Assembly (NCBI GenBank): GCA_041648595.1
Contig: JBAZOQ010000001.1
Location: forward strand, 14,002 to 78,001
Reading direction: 5' to 3'
Origin: Minisyncoccota bacterium
GTDB lineage: Bacteria > Patescibacteriota > Minisyncoccia > Phycocordibacterales > UBA9973
DNA length: 64,000 nt
Shown: positions 26,180 through 34,477 of the stretch, piece by piece
Layout: each line of letters starts with the position of its first letter
How positions within the stretch are numbered: position 1 is the first letter of the stretch
Program-made: the position numbers and the translations under genes
Notes under the pieces: generated by a model
What the model was told of the DNA's origin: nothing
What the model saw: the letters and a program-made list of their open reading frames with translations, nothing else
Database searches by the model: none

Positions 26180-27382
26180 TTAGAGGCTAAGGTTTCCTTT
26201 GGCCTTTATGCTCGAGATTTTTGGTACTTTTTTCTTATTTTTTATAAATTGTAGATATCCAGCTACACCTATCATTATTGAATTATCTCCTGTTAATTTT
26301 TTTTCTGGGAAAAGTAATATAGTATTTTTTTCTACAATTTTTTTCATTTGTCTTTGTAAATGTTCATTACAAGATACACCACCAGCTACTATGATTGTTT
26401 TTGCTTTATATTTTTCTTTTGCTTTAATTGTTTTATAAATAAGAGTTTCTACTACAGCATTTTCAAATTCTAGTGCAATAGCTTGTTTTATTTTTTCATT
26501 TTGCCCGCCTGCCTCGTTATGCGAAGCATTTCGGGCAGGTAATATATTAGGATTTTCTTTTTTAAGGTCACGTATTAAATAAAGTACTGCAGTTTTTAAT
26601 CCTGAAAATGAAAAATCAAAATTTTTACTGTAGAGCATAGGGCGGGGAAGAGCGAAGGAAAAACAATCTTTGTGGGGTGTCTCGCAGGCTGACGAGCCGA
26701 GAGGCAGCGCTCCGCGAGCACGCGGAGACAGCGACCCCAGAAAGATTGGTTTTTCTGTAGCTCTTTTTTTTTCAGCTAATTTTGAAATTTCTGGTCCTCC
26801 TGGATAAGGCAGATCCATCATTCTAGCTACTTTGTCATATGCTTCTCCTGCAGCATCATCTAATGTTTGACCAATGATTTTGTATTGTAGCCAATTTTTT
26901 GAGAGTACAAGCTCTGTGTGCCCACCAGAAACGAGAAGAGATAAAATAGGGAATTCTATTTTAGGAATTGTAAAACTACCCTTGCTTTTAGCAAATACAG
27001 ATACTATATGTCCTTCCATGTGATTAACTGGTATAAGTGGTACATCCCATTTTTCTGCAAGTTCTTTTGCAAAAACTATTCCACTCCAAAGTGAAGGTTC
27101 TAGCCCTGGTCCATAAGTGACTGCTATTAGATCAACTGGTTTTTCTTTTTTAGCTAATTTGGATTTTTTAAGAGCTTTTTCTAATAGTATTGGTAAATTT
27201 TTTATATGTTCACGTTTTGCGAGCATAGGGAATACTCCACCATAAGGAGTATGAATTGCTATTTGTGAATTTGAAAAATTAGATAAAATATTAAATGAAG
27301 CAAAACCATTTTTATTGAGATTTGCATCCATTATTGTTATGGCTGTATCGTCACAGCTAGTTTCTATACTTAATATTTTCAT
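26180..27382 (-). CDS. tsaD: tRNA N6-adenosine threonylcarbamoyltransferase TsaD (Kae1/Gcp family) with a roughly 35-aa in-frame GC-rich insertion.
   Basis: MKILSIETSCDDTAITI, NHMEGHI, SGGHTELV, VAGGVSCN. The inserted segment is GSLSPRARGALPLGSSACETPHKDCFSFALPRP. Confidence 0.85.
   Translation of the reverse strand: MKILSIETSCDDTAITIMDANLNKNGFASFNILSNFSNSQIAIHTPYGGVFPMLAKREHIKNLPILLEKALKKSKLAKKEKPVDLIAVTYGPGLEPSLWSGIVFAKELAEKWDVPLIPVNHMEGHIVSVFAKSKGSFTIPKIEFPILSLLVSGGHTELVLSKNWLQYKIIGQTLDDAAGEAYDKVARMMDLPYPGGPEISKLAEKKRATEKPIFLGSLSPRARGALPLGSSACETPHKDCFSFALPRPMLYSKNFDFSFSGLKTAVLYLIRDLKKENPNILPARNASHNEAGGQNEKIKQAIALEFENAVVETLIYKTIKAKEKYKAKTIIVAGGVSCNEHLQRQMKKIVEKNTILLFPEKKLTGDNSIMIGVAGYLQFIKNKKKVPKISSIKAKGNLSL
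26638..26750 (-). repeat. GC-rich palindromic element of about 110 bp (family D core CGCAGGCTGACGAGCCGAG flanked by imperfect inverted repeats CAATCTTTGTGGGGTGTC / GACAGCGACCCCAGAAAGATTG) inserted in frame in tsaD.
   Basis: GC content far above the surrounding coding sequence. Shares its core with the intergenic element at 26097-26116. Confidence 0.65.
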
Positions 27383-27383
27383 G

Positions 27384-27457
27384 TGGGCGGTACAAGACTC
27401 GAACTTGTTGCCTCGTCGACGTCAACGACGCGCTCTAACCAAATGAGCTAACCGCCC
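27384..27457 (-). tRNA. tRNA-Val (anticodon GAC).
   Basis: The reverse complement folds as GGGCGGT acceptor, GCTC/GAGC D stem, anticodon loop TTGACGT, T arm ACAAG-TTCGAGT-CTTGT. Confidence 0.75.
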
Positions 27458-27466
27458 AAACTGTAA

Positions 27467-28213
27467 TTATACAGCGAACTTTTCTAATATTTCAAGTTCT
27501 TCTTTTGTGTTTGCTCCTAATGCTTCATGAGATTCTATTTGTATGGCTTCCACTTTTTTTCCTTCTTTTGAGGCTAAGTGAAGGAGATCTGTTAAATAAT
27601 ATTCATTCTGTATATTATTATTTTTTACTTTTTCTAAATTTTTCCAAAGCCATTTTGCATCAAAAGCATAACTTCCAGCATTTACTTCTTTTATTAATTT
27701 TTCTTTTTCATTAGCATCTTTGTATTCACGAATGCCTGTAATTTTCCCATCTTTTCTTAAAATTCTTCCAAAAGCAAGAAATCCTTTTCTCCAGTCTTTA
27801 AAATCTGACACTTCCGTCGTTGTAAATGTTATTTTAGTTTTTGCTTTTAGGTGTTTTTTTAATAAATTTTTTAATGTTTCTGAAGATATTAAAGGTTGGT
27901 CTCCAGATAAGACGATTATATGTTTTGCGTCATTACAATATTCTCTTGCACAAAATACAGCATGTCCAGTACCTAGTTGTTCTTCTTGTATTGCATAAAA
28001 ACAAGAATCTTTAAGTTCGGATTCCACTAATTCTTTATTATGTCCTATTATTGCTATCGGTTTTTGGTTGAATGCTTTTTTTGCTGATTTTAAAATGTAT
28101 TTTATCATTGGTTTACCGTTTAGTTTCAATAAAATTTTTGGCAAATCACTCTGCATTCTTTTACCTTTTCCTGCTGCTAATATTATTATTTTTATATCTT
28201 TTAAATTTTCCAT
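27467..28213 (-). CDS. Sugar-phosphate nucleotidyltransferase (GlmU N-terminal-domain-like, UDP-GlcNAc pyrophosphorylase-type).
   Basis: IIILAAGKGKRMQSDLPKILLKLNGKPMIKYIL matches the LAAGKGTRM nucleotidyltransferase signature. At 248 aa it lacks the acetyltransferase hexapeptide-repeat domain. Confidence 0.65.
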   Translation of the reverse strand: MENLKDIKIIILAAGKGKRMQSDLPKILLKLNGKPMIKYILKSAKKAFNQKPIAIIGHNKELVESELKDSCFYAIQEEQLGTGHAVFCAREYCNDAKHIIVLSGDQPLISSETLKNLLKKHLKAKTKITFTTTEVSDFKDWRKGFLAFGRILRKDGKITGIREYKDANEKEKLIKEVNAGSYAFDAKWLWKNLEKVKNNNIQNEYYLTDLLHLASKEGKKVEAIQIESHEALGANTKEELEILEKFAV

Positions 28214-28407
28214 AAAAATAAGCCCGAAGGCTTTATATTGAATATATTAGCATTTTATTTAAAATTTGACGAGTTTTTTGTAAAACAAACAAAAGGTAAA
28301 TAAGTTGATTAAATATGAAGAATTTATGAAGGATATTTGGTGATATTAGTAAAATATGTTATGGTATTTTTAGAAACGTTATTTATTAATTTTTTTGGGA
28401 GAAAACA

Positions 28408-28671
28408 ATGGAGTTTAACTTATTACGAAAAATTTCAGCTTATACAGTTGGGATTTTTATTTTTATAAAAATATTTTTTGATTCTTATTTTTGGAGTATC
28501 TGGATATATTTTAAATATATCCAAAAGGATTATAAAAAATTACAAGACAGAAAAATAAAAAAATTAGAGAATATATCTAATAAGTCACATATTTTTGCTT
28601 TTATATTATTTATTTTAGCAATAATTCTTTGGTGGGAAGTTTTGGTTTATTATGCGACACCAGCTTCCTGA
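28408..28671 (+). CDS. Hypothetical small membrane protein (87 aa).
   Basis: Two predicted TM helices. No recognisable motif. Confidence 0.3.
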   Translation: MEFNLLRKISAYTVGIFIFIKIFFDSYFWSIWIYFKYIQKDYKKLQDRKIKKLENISNKSHIFAFILFILAIILWWEVLVYYATPAS

Positions 28672-28712
28672 TATCGATTTTAAGTCTCGTCATTGCGACG
28701 GGGCTTTTTTAT

Positions 28713-28787
28713 TGGTGACCCTACCGGGAGTCGGACCCGGATTTAGTGCTTGAAAAGCACTCGTCCTAACCGTTAGACGATAGGGCC
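28713..28787 (-). tRNA. tRNA-Glu (anticodon UUC), CCA encoded.
   Basis: Reverse complement GGCCCTATCGTCTAACGGTTAGGACGAGTGCTTTTCAAGCACTAAATCCGGGTCCGACTCCCGGTAGGGTCACCA. Confidence 0.8.
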
Positions 28788-29018
28788 TATATAGTACATG
28801 TTATATTATTTTTGAAAAAACTGCAAAAAATGTTAGATTACATATTAGATAGGGTATAAGATAATGATGACGAACGTAGTATGGAGACGTGGGTATTAAG
28901 TATGAACTGCTTCATATTTAATCTGATTCTGCTTTTGCAGAAATGTCTAATATGCTTTAGCATGAAGACATAGGGAAGGGTCCGAGAGGGCACGAAGCCA
29001 TGGCGACGAGCATAGCGA

Positions 29019-29103
29019 GGAGACGTGGGTGAGTGGTTGAAACCACCGCTCTCGAAAAGCGGCATACCGCAAGGTATCGGAGGTTCAAATCCTCCCGTCT
29101 CCG
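29019..29103 (+). tRNA. tRNA-Ser (anticodon CGA) with a long variable arm.
   Basis: Acceptor GGAGACG/CGTCTCC, anticodon loop CTCGAAA, variable arm ATACC-GCAA-GGTAT, T arm GGAGG-TTCAAAT-CCTCC, discriminator G. Confidence 0.75.
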
Positions 29104-29107
29104 CAAA

Positions 29108-29150
29108 AGAAAAACCCGATGCACGTTTGTTTGTGTAAAGGGTTTTTTTT
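29108..29150 (+). terminator. Possible rho-independent terminator after tRNA-Ser (AAAAACCC ... GGGTTTTTTTT).
   Basis: Stem AAAACCC/GGGTTTT with a large loop, followed by a T run. Confidence 0.35.
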
Positions 29151-29460
29151 AAATCTGTTTTTTCTTTAAAGGTTTTTTATTTAAAAACCAATAAAGAAAA
29201 ATAAAAAACAAGATACTAACTCCAACGCCCAATATTTCTAAAATTGGTAGTAAATTAGAAATTATTATTTCTAGATAACTTCCAATTAAGATAGTCATTA
29301 TAGTATAAAAGATAATATGATCTTTTCTGTAAAAAATAATTTTTGTTTTAAGGTAAACAATAATTATTTTTATAAAAGAATAATCACCTTTACAGCTAAC
29401 ATTTTTATCTTCTATCCTAACAAAAGGGCTTGGAAGACTGTCATACTCTTCTTTTGTCAT
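29149..29460 (-). CDS. Hypothetical membrane protein (103 aa).
   Basis: ORF with predicted TM helices. No motif. Confidence 0.3.
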   Translation of the reverse strand: MTKEEYDSLPSPFVRIEDKNVSCKGDYSFIKIIIVYLKTKIIFYRKDHIIFYTIMTILIGSYLEIIISNLLPILEILGVGVSILFFIFLYWFLNKKPLKKKQI

Positions 29461-29699
29461 TTTTTACTCCTTTCAGAAAAATATTTTTTTAAAAATATTT
29501 AATATATTTAAGGTAATTGATGTTATTAAAACCTTAAAAAGAAATATTTGAAAATTGGAACTTTTTTTATTAATTCCAAGAATCTCAGAAAAAAAATTTT
29601 TCATTTTTTGACTCCTTTTCTATTGTTTAATTTACTTTTTCCACATAAAATATAACAATTTTTGGGTAAATTGTCAAGTTTTTTATGTGGAAAAGATAT

Positions 29700-30632
29700 T
29701 TATTTAGTATGTAAATATAGATAAATATCCTCAATAGCTTTTACAGCATCGCCGGCGGCTATGTTATTTTGATGATATAAGATATTTGTACAATCTCCCG
29801 CAGCCCAAATGCCAGATGTTTCTGTTTTTTGATTTGATTGATTTATTTTTATACGATTTCCTTCATCTAATGGAATTATGTCTTTAACAAAATTAGTATT
29901 TGGAATTTGTCCGATTTCTACAAAAATACCTGAAACTTTTAGTTCTGTCTCTGTATTATTTATTTTGTTCTTATAAATTATTCCTTCTACAAATTTTTCA
30001 CCTTTTATTTCTAAAATTTCTACATTTTTAATTGCTTTTACATTTTCTTTCTTTAATACTTTTTCAACTGTTATTTCGTCAGCACGAAAATTTTCACTTC
30101 TGTGTAATATTGTAACTGTTTTGCAATATGCAGAAAGTTGAGCAGCAGATTCAAAAGCTGCATTTCCTCCACCAACCACTACGACATCTTGATCTGCAAA
30201 AAGGGGACCATCACAAGTAGCACAATAGGTGAGTCCTTTATGCTCTAATTTATTTGCATTTTTTGCTTCTAATTTTCTGCGTCCGCTACCTGTGGCTATT
30301 AGAATAGTTTTAGTTAAAAATTCTTCTTCAGATTCTGTTTTAATTAAAAAGTTAGTATCAGATTTTGTTATTGTATTTACTTTCTCTCCATCTTTCACTT
30401 CTAATGTTTGTCCGACTCCAGCATTAGCGAGTACGTGTTTTTTAAAATTTAGAGCTAGATCAGAGCCAGAGATAGAAGGAGAACCAATCCAATTATAAAT
30501 CTGTAGAGACACGATAGATTGCCCACCCCATTCGGATGTTATAAATAAGGTATTAAGTCTTTTACGAGAAGCATATACAGCCGCTGCTGAGCCAGCTGGA
30601 CCACCCCCTACAATTATTAAATCATATACCAT
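29700..30632 (-). CDS. trxB: Thioredoxin-disulfide reductase.
   Basis: FAD motif IIVGGGPAGSAAAVY, redox-active CATCDG, NAD(P)-binding VVVGGGNAAFESAAQL. Confidence 0.85.
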   Translation of the reverse strand: MVYDLIIVGGGPAGSAAAVYASRKRLNTLFITSEWGGQSIVSLQIYNWIGSPSISGSDLALNFKKHVLANAGVGQTLEVKDGEKVNTITKSDTNFLIKTESEEEFLTKTILIATGSGRRKLEAKNANKLEHKGLTYCATCDGPLFADQDVVVVGGGNAAFESAAQLSAYCKTVTILHRSENFRADEITVEKVLKKENVKAIKNVEILEIKGEKFVEGIIYKNKINNTETELKVSGIFVEIGQIPNTNFVKDIIPLDEGNRIKINQSNQKTETSGIWAAGDCTNILYHQNNIAAGDAVKAIEDIYLYLHTK

Positions 30633-30662
30633 TTAGGTATTATAGCACACCTGTCAAATTTT

Positions 30663-31880
30663 TTAATTCTTTTTGCGTCTTAGAAATGCTGGAACAGCGC
30701 TCCAGTCTTCTCCCTCATCTTCTATAATTATTTCTTCTACAACTTCAGGTTTCTTATCTACTTTTTTTAGGAAATCATTATTAACATTAATATTTGTATT
30801 ATTATTTTTATTTGAGTTTTGAATAGTATTATGTATTTCTTTTACAACTTTTTCTGCATTTTCTTCTTTTACTAATGTTTGACCTAAAATATTAGTTCCG
30901 CTAAAAAGATTTTTACGAGGAACATCATTGGTGAAGCTTGTAGCTATGACAGTGACTTTTAATTCACCTTTTTTTAATTTTTCATCTTTAATAGTACCAA
31001 AGATTACTTTAGCATCTTTATCTATAGATTCTGTAATTATTTTAGCTGCTTCTTGTATTTCATGTATTGTTATGTCATCTCCACCAGAGATAGCAAATAA
31101 TACTCCCTTTGCACCATTGATTGAAACTTCTAATAGGGGAGAATTGATAGCTTGAAGTGCTGCTTTTGAAGCACGGCCATCTCCTGATGCGAGTCCTATT
31201 CCCATAAGAGCACTTCCTGCGTCTGACATGATAGCTCTAATATCTGCAAAATCTACATTTATAATACCAGGTGTAGTAATTAAATCTGAGATACCTTCCA
31301 CTGCTTGACGTAGAACATTATCACAATTAGCAAAAGCATCTTTGAAGTTTGTAGTTTTGTCGGCTAGTTGTATTAATTTATCATTTGGAATAATTATAAT
31401 AGCATCAACTTCTTTTGCTAATTCTTCAATACCTTTTTCTGCGATTTTCATTCGGTGATTTCCTTCAAAGAAAAATGGTTTAGTGACGACAGCGACGGTG
31501 AGTATGCCTTGCTCTTTAGCAGCACGAGCGACGATAGGTGCAGCTCCTGTACCTGTACCTCCTCCCATACCACAAGCAACAAAAATCATGTCAGCACCTT
31601 TGATGACGTCTTGAATTTCAGATTTTGTTTCTTCAGCAGCTTTTCTTCCAATTTCTGGATTCATTCCAGCACCTAGGCCTTTAGTAAGATTTTTACCAAT
31701 GTGGATTTTTTTATCTGCGAGAGAATGATGCAAGTCTTGAGTGTCTGTATTCATACAAATAAAAGACACACCTTTGACTTTGGAGTTGATCATATGATTT
31801 ATGGCATTTTTACCGGATCCTCCTATTCCGATGACCATAATGCGAGCAAAACTTTGTATTTCAGGGTTTAATTTAGGCAT
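30663..31880 (-). CDS. ftsZ: Cell division protein FtsZ.
   Basis: Tubulin signature [13 protein letters not shown] and [13 protein letters not shown]. Confidence 0.9.
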   Translation of the reverse strand: MPKLNPEIQSFARIMVIGIGGSGKNAINHMINSKVKGVSFICMNTDTQDLHHSLADKKIHIGKNLTKGLGAGMNPEIGRKAAEETKSEIQDVIKGADMIFVACGMGGGTGTGAAPIVARAAKEQGILTVAVVTKPFFFEGNHRMKIAEKGIEELAKEVDAIIIIPNDKLIQLADKTTNFKDAFANCDNVLRQAVEGISDLITTPGIINVDFADIRAIMSDAGSALMGIGLASGDGRASKAALQAINSPLLEVSINGAKGVLFAISGGDDITIHEIQEAAKIITESIDKDAKVIFGTIKDEKLKKGELKVTVIATSFTNDVPRKNLFSGTNILGQTLVKEENAEKVVKEIHNTIQNSNKNNNTNINVNNDFLKKVDKKPEVVEEIIIEDEGEDWSAVPAFLRRKKN

Positions 31881-31885
31881 ATTTA

Positions 31886-32040
31886 TAAAGGCTTTAGGCT
31901 TTAGGCTCTAGGCTTTAGCTTTTATACTAATACTCAGAATCTAACTACTAAGAGCAAAATTTAATTAATAAAGTTATATGTTCATATAATAGCAGAAAAT
32001 TATATTTTGGCTAGTAGCCTAAAGCCTAGTGCCTAAAGCC
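31886..32040. repeat. Inverted pair of CCTAAAG/CCTAGTG heptad-repeat blocks (GGCTTTAGGCTTTAGGCTCTAGGCTTTAGC ... TAGCCTAAAGCCTAGTGCCTAAAGCC) bracketing the ftsA-ftsZ intergenic region. A third block lies at 48911-48941 upstream of obg.
   Basis: Read directly. The two blocks are reverse complements of each other. Confidence 0.7.
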
Positions 32041-32045
32041 TGTGT

Positions 32046-33209
32046 TTAGGGCATTAATTGCTTAATGTTTGATTTTAATATTATCATTATTTTTTTGAAG
32101 AAAACTTTTAGTGAACTTTCAGAATAAGAATCATCGTCGTCGGGGTACATTATAAGTCCAAGAACCGTAAACCAAGATGGATCACGAAGTTTTGTTTTTA
32201 TATTACCAAAAATTTCTGTTGCAGCTATTTTTGAAGGAAGTTTTAAATTAAATTTAGAAAAATCTTCAAGTGTTGGAATGTTTGCACCTCCACCGACGAA
32301 TACAATACCTGCTGGCAATAATTCGTTCCTTTTTATTTTTTTAAGATAATTTTCTAATAATTCAAAAATATCAGAAAGACGAGCCTCGATTATTTCGTCT
32401 AATTTTTTCTTTGAGTAGTCTTCAGTTATGTTACCAAGTTTGAAACGCTCAGCATCTTCAAGTGATATTTTCATTCCTAATGCTATATCATTTGTAATAT
32501 CTGCACCACCTATAGAAAAGGTATGAAGAGCTACAAGTGTTTTATTTTCAAACACAGACAAAGAAACTGTTTCAGATCCAATATTAACTATTGCTCCGCC
32601 GACTATTTTTTGTTTTTCAGATAGTGCTATACGACTTTCGGCTTCTCCTGCCGCTACTATGTCTATTGGTTCTATTCCAGCTAGTGTTACAACTTCTAAT
32701 AAATCTTCAAAATGTGAGTTAGAACAAGTTACAAAAAGTGTTTTAGTTTCAAGCTTTGTTCCTATCATGCCTTCTGGTCTTCCAAGGATTTCTTTACCAT
32801 CAAGTTTAAAAGAAATAGGGAATATTTTTATTGTTTTTCTATTATTTAAATTTATGTTATTTTCACAATCTTCTATTGTTTTATTTACATCTAATTTTGT
32901 TACTTCACCATCAGCCTTAGAAATGATACACATTCCATTTGTCATATCACCACGTAATGTTACGCCACCGATTGAAATAACAGCACGCCTTATTTTTAGG
33001 CCTGAATTTTTTTCAGCTACTCCCAATGCATTTTTTAGAGAAATTACAGCAGAAGAAATATCGACAACATATCCATGTCTTATGCCTTTTGTTTCACTTT
33101 CTCCAATACCAATAATTTTAGGATTTTTTTCTCCTTTTAGAAATTCTGCTACGACAACTCTTGTCGTTGTAGACCCCATGTCTATTCCTATAGAAATATT
33201 TCTGATCAT
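32046..33209 (-). CDS. ftsA: Cell division protein FtsA (actin-like ATPase).
   Basis: N-terminal ISIGIDMGSTTTRVVVAEF and actin-fold phosphate motifs. Located upstream of ftsZ in the same orientation. Confidence 0.8.
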   Translation of the reverse strand: MIRNISIGIDMGSTTTRVVVAEFLKGEKNPKIIGIGESETKGIRHGYVVDISSAVISLKNALGVAEKNSGLKIRRAVISIGGVTLRGDMTNGMCIISKADGEVTKLDVNKTIEDCENNINLNNRKTIKIFPISFKLDGKEILGRPEGMIGTKLETKTLFVTCSNSHFEDLLEVVTLAGIEPIDIVAAGEAESRIALSEKQKIVGGAIVNIGSETVSLSVFENKTLVALHTFSIGGADITNDIALGMKISLEDAERFKLGNITEDYSKKKLDEIIEARLSDIFELLENYLKKIKRNELLPAGIVFVGGGANIPTLEDFSKFNLKLPSKIAATEIFGNIKTKLRDPSWFTVLGLIMYPDDDDSYSESSLKVFFKKIMIILKSNIKQLMP

Positions 33210-33519
33210 ATTTTTTTTCAGCTTCTTCCATTATACTCCCATGTTCCATTCCTTTCAAATGTAACATTCCGTGGATAACTAAAAAACCCACTAATTGAGG
33301 TAATGTTCTGCCAAACTTTTTTAGTTCTTTTTTAATCACACTTTTACACAAAACTATTTCTCCTACATCTTTATGTAAGGCGAAAGAAAGAACATTAGTT
33401 GGTTTATCTATCTTTCTATATTTCTTATTTATTTCCCTAGATTTTTTTTCACTCACAAAAGCAATAGACAAAGAGTATTCTTTACCCAATATATCCTGCT
33501 TTATTTTCTCAAATTTCAT
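33118..33519 (-). CDS. ybeY: rRNA maturation endoribonuclease YbeY.
   Basis: HGMLHLKGMEH matches the H-x-x-x-H-x-x-G-x-x-H zinc motif. Its 3' end overlaps the ftsA 5' end by about 90 nt in another frame. Confidence 0.7.
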   Translation of the reverse strand: MKFEKIKQDILGKEYSLSIAFVSEKKSREINKKYRKIDKPTNVLSFALHKDVGEIVLCKSVIKKELKKFGRTLPQLVGFLVIHGMLHLKGMEHGSIMEEAEKKYDQKYFYRNRHGVYNDKSCRSRISKRRKKS

Positions 33520-33520
33520 T

Positions 33521-33748
33521 TTATTTTATTTTTCCAAGTTTTCGAAGTTTTTCTATTTCCTTTCTTCTTCCTAAGCGTTTTAGAGTTCCTTTTTTGACTG
33601 TTAGTTTTGATTCTTTTCTTTTGTTATAACGAGAACCTTTTACTTTTTGAATTATGTTTGATTCTTGAATTCTACGAGAAAAACGACGCAATACGCTTGC
33701 ATTATTCTCATTTCCATTTTTATTTATTTCTATTACTGTTTTTGCCAT
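33521..33748 (-). CDS. rpsU: 30S ribosomal protein S21.
   Basis: Small basic protein with LRRFSRR, characteristic of bS21. Confidence 0.6.
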   Translation of the reverse strand: MAKTVIEINKNGNENNASVLRRFSRRIQESNIIQKVKGSRYNKRKESKLTVKKGTLKRLGRRKEIEKLRKLGKIK

Positions 33749-33838
33749 ATTTGTAGATTATCATAGTTTTTTGAAAAATGCAAAATATGGGTATTAAAAA
33801 ATGTAAATTAGTTGCTTTCTTAGGCAAGTTCTTGTTTT

Positions 33839-33945
33839 GCAAAAAATGAGAGCTAGTGCTTTTTTATGGCTCGCACTCTAACCTGAATGTGGTAACTCTA
33901 TCTAATATTGCGTATGCCAAAAAAAGCACTAGCTCTCATTTTTTG
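33839..33945. mobile_element. Hairpin / MITE-like element. Perfect 27-bp inverted repeat GCAAAAAATGAGAGCTAGTGCTTTTTT ... AAAAAAGCACTAGCTCTCATTTTTTGC flanking a 52-nt core, in the divergent rpsU/greA promoter region (greA leader).
   Basis: Read directly. Confidence 0.6.
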
Positions 33946-33982
33946 CTAGACTTTTTTATAAAAAAAAGTTAAGATTCAAAAT

Positions 33983-34450
33983 ATGCAACAATCAGGTAAT
34001 TATATAACAGAAGAAAAAAGAAAAGCTTTAGAAATTGAATTGAAGGAGCTCAAAGGCCCTAAAAGGAAAGAACTTCTAGAAGGCTTAGCTTATGCAAAAT
34101 CATTAGGTGATTTATCTGAGAACGCAGAATATCATCAAGCACGTGAAGATCAAGGTAAACTCGAAGAACGTATTTCGAGAATAGAACAAATTTTGCAATC
34201 TTCTCAAGTTGTATCTGGTGGTGGTGGAGATATAATTGAAATTGGATCAAAAGTTGTTGTTCTTAAAGAAGGAGAGAAAGAAGAAAAAATTTATCAAATT
34301 GTAGGTTCTGAAGAGGCTGATATGTTACAAGGAAAAATTTCTAATAGGTCTCCTTTTGGTGAAGTACTTTTTGGAAAGAAAAAAGGAGAAAATGTATCAT
34401 TTAAAACTCCTGGTGGTAAAGTTAATTATAAAATCGTGGATGTATCTTAG
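33983..34450 (+). CDS. greA: Transcription elongation factor GreA.
   Basis: GDLSENAEYHQAREDQ signature and C-terminal FKBP-like domain. Confidence 0.85.
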   Translation: MQQSGNYITEEKRKALEIELKELKGPKRKELLEGLAYAKSLGDLSENAEYHQAREDQGKLEERISRIEQILQSSQVVSGGGGDIIEIGSKVVVLKEGEKEEKIYQIVGSEEADMLQGKISNRSPFGEVLFGKKKGENVSFKTPGGKVNYKIVDVS

Positions 34451-34477
34451 TTTCCGTTTTTAAACGGAAGAATTAAA

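Noticed and set aside
28850-29018. Possible structured ncRNA (SRP RNA or RNase P RNA fragment) in the GC-rich spacer upstream of tRNA-Ser.
   Set aside because: It is too short for RNase P RNA. The SRP domain-IV consensus (GGUCC.GAA..AGCAGC) is not convincingly present. The GC-rich part resembles the family-D repeat core instead.
33118-33209. Possible frameshift or sequencing error at the ybeY/ftsA overlap (about 90 nt overlap).
   Set aside because: Both reading frames show their conserved motifs (YbeY HGMLHLKGMEH, FtsA N-terminal ISIGIDMGS) without interruption. Overlap of the low-complexity YbeY tail with the ftsA start is plausible in a compact genome, although the exact ybeY stop is uncertain.
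32659-33264. 201-aa ORF on the + strand opposite ftsA.
   Set aside because: It is antisense to ftsA, which has the actin-fold motifs and conserved ftsA-ftsZ synteny.
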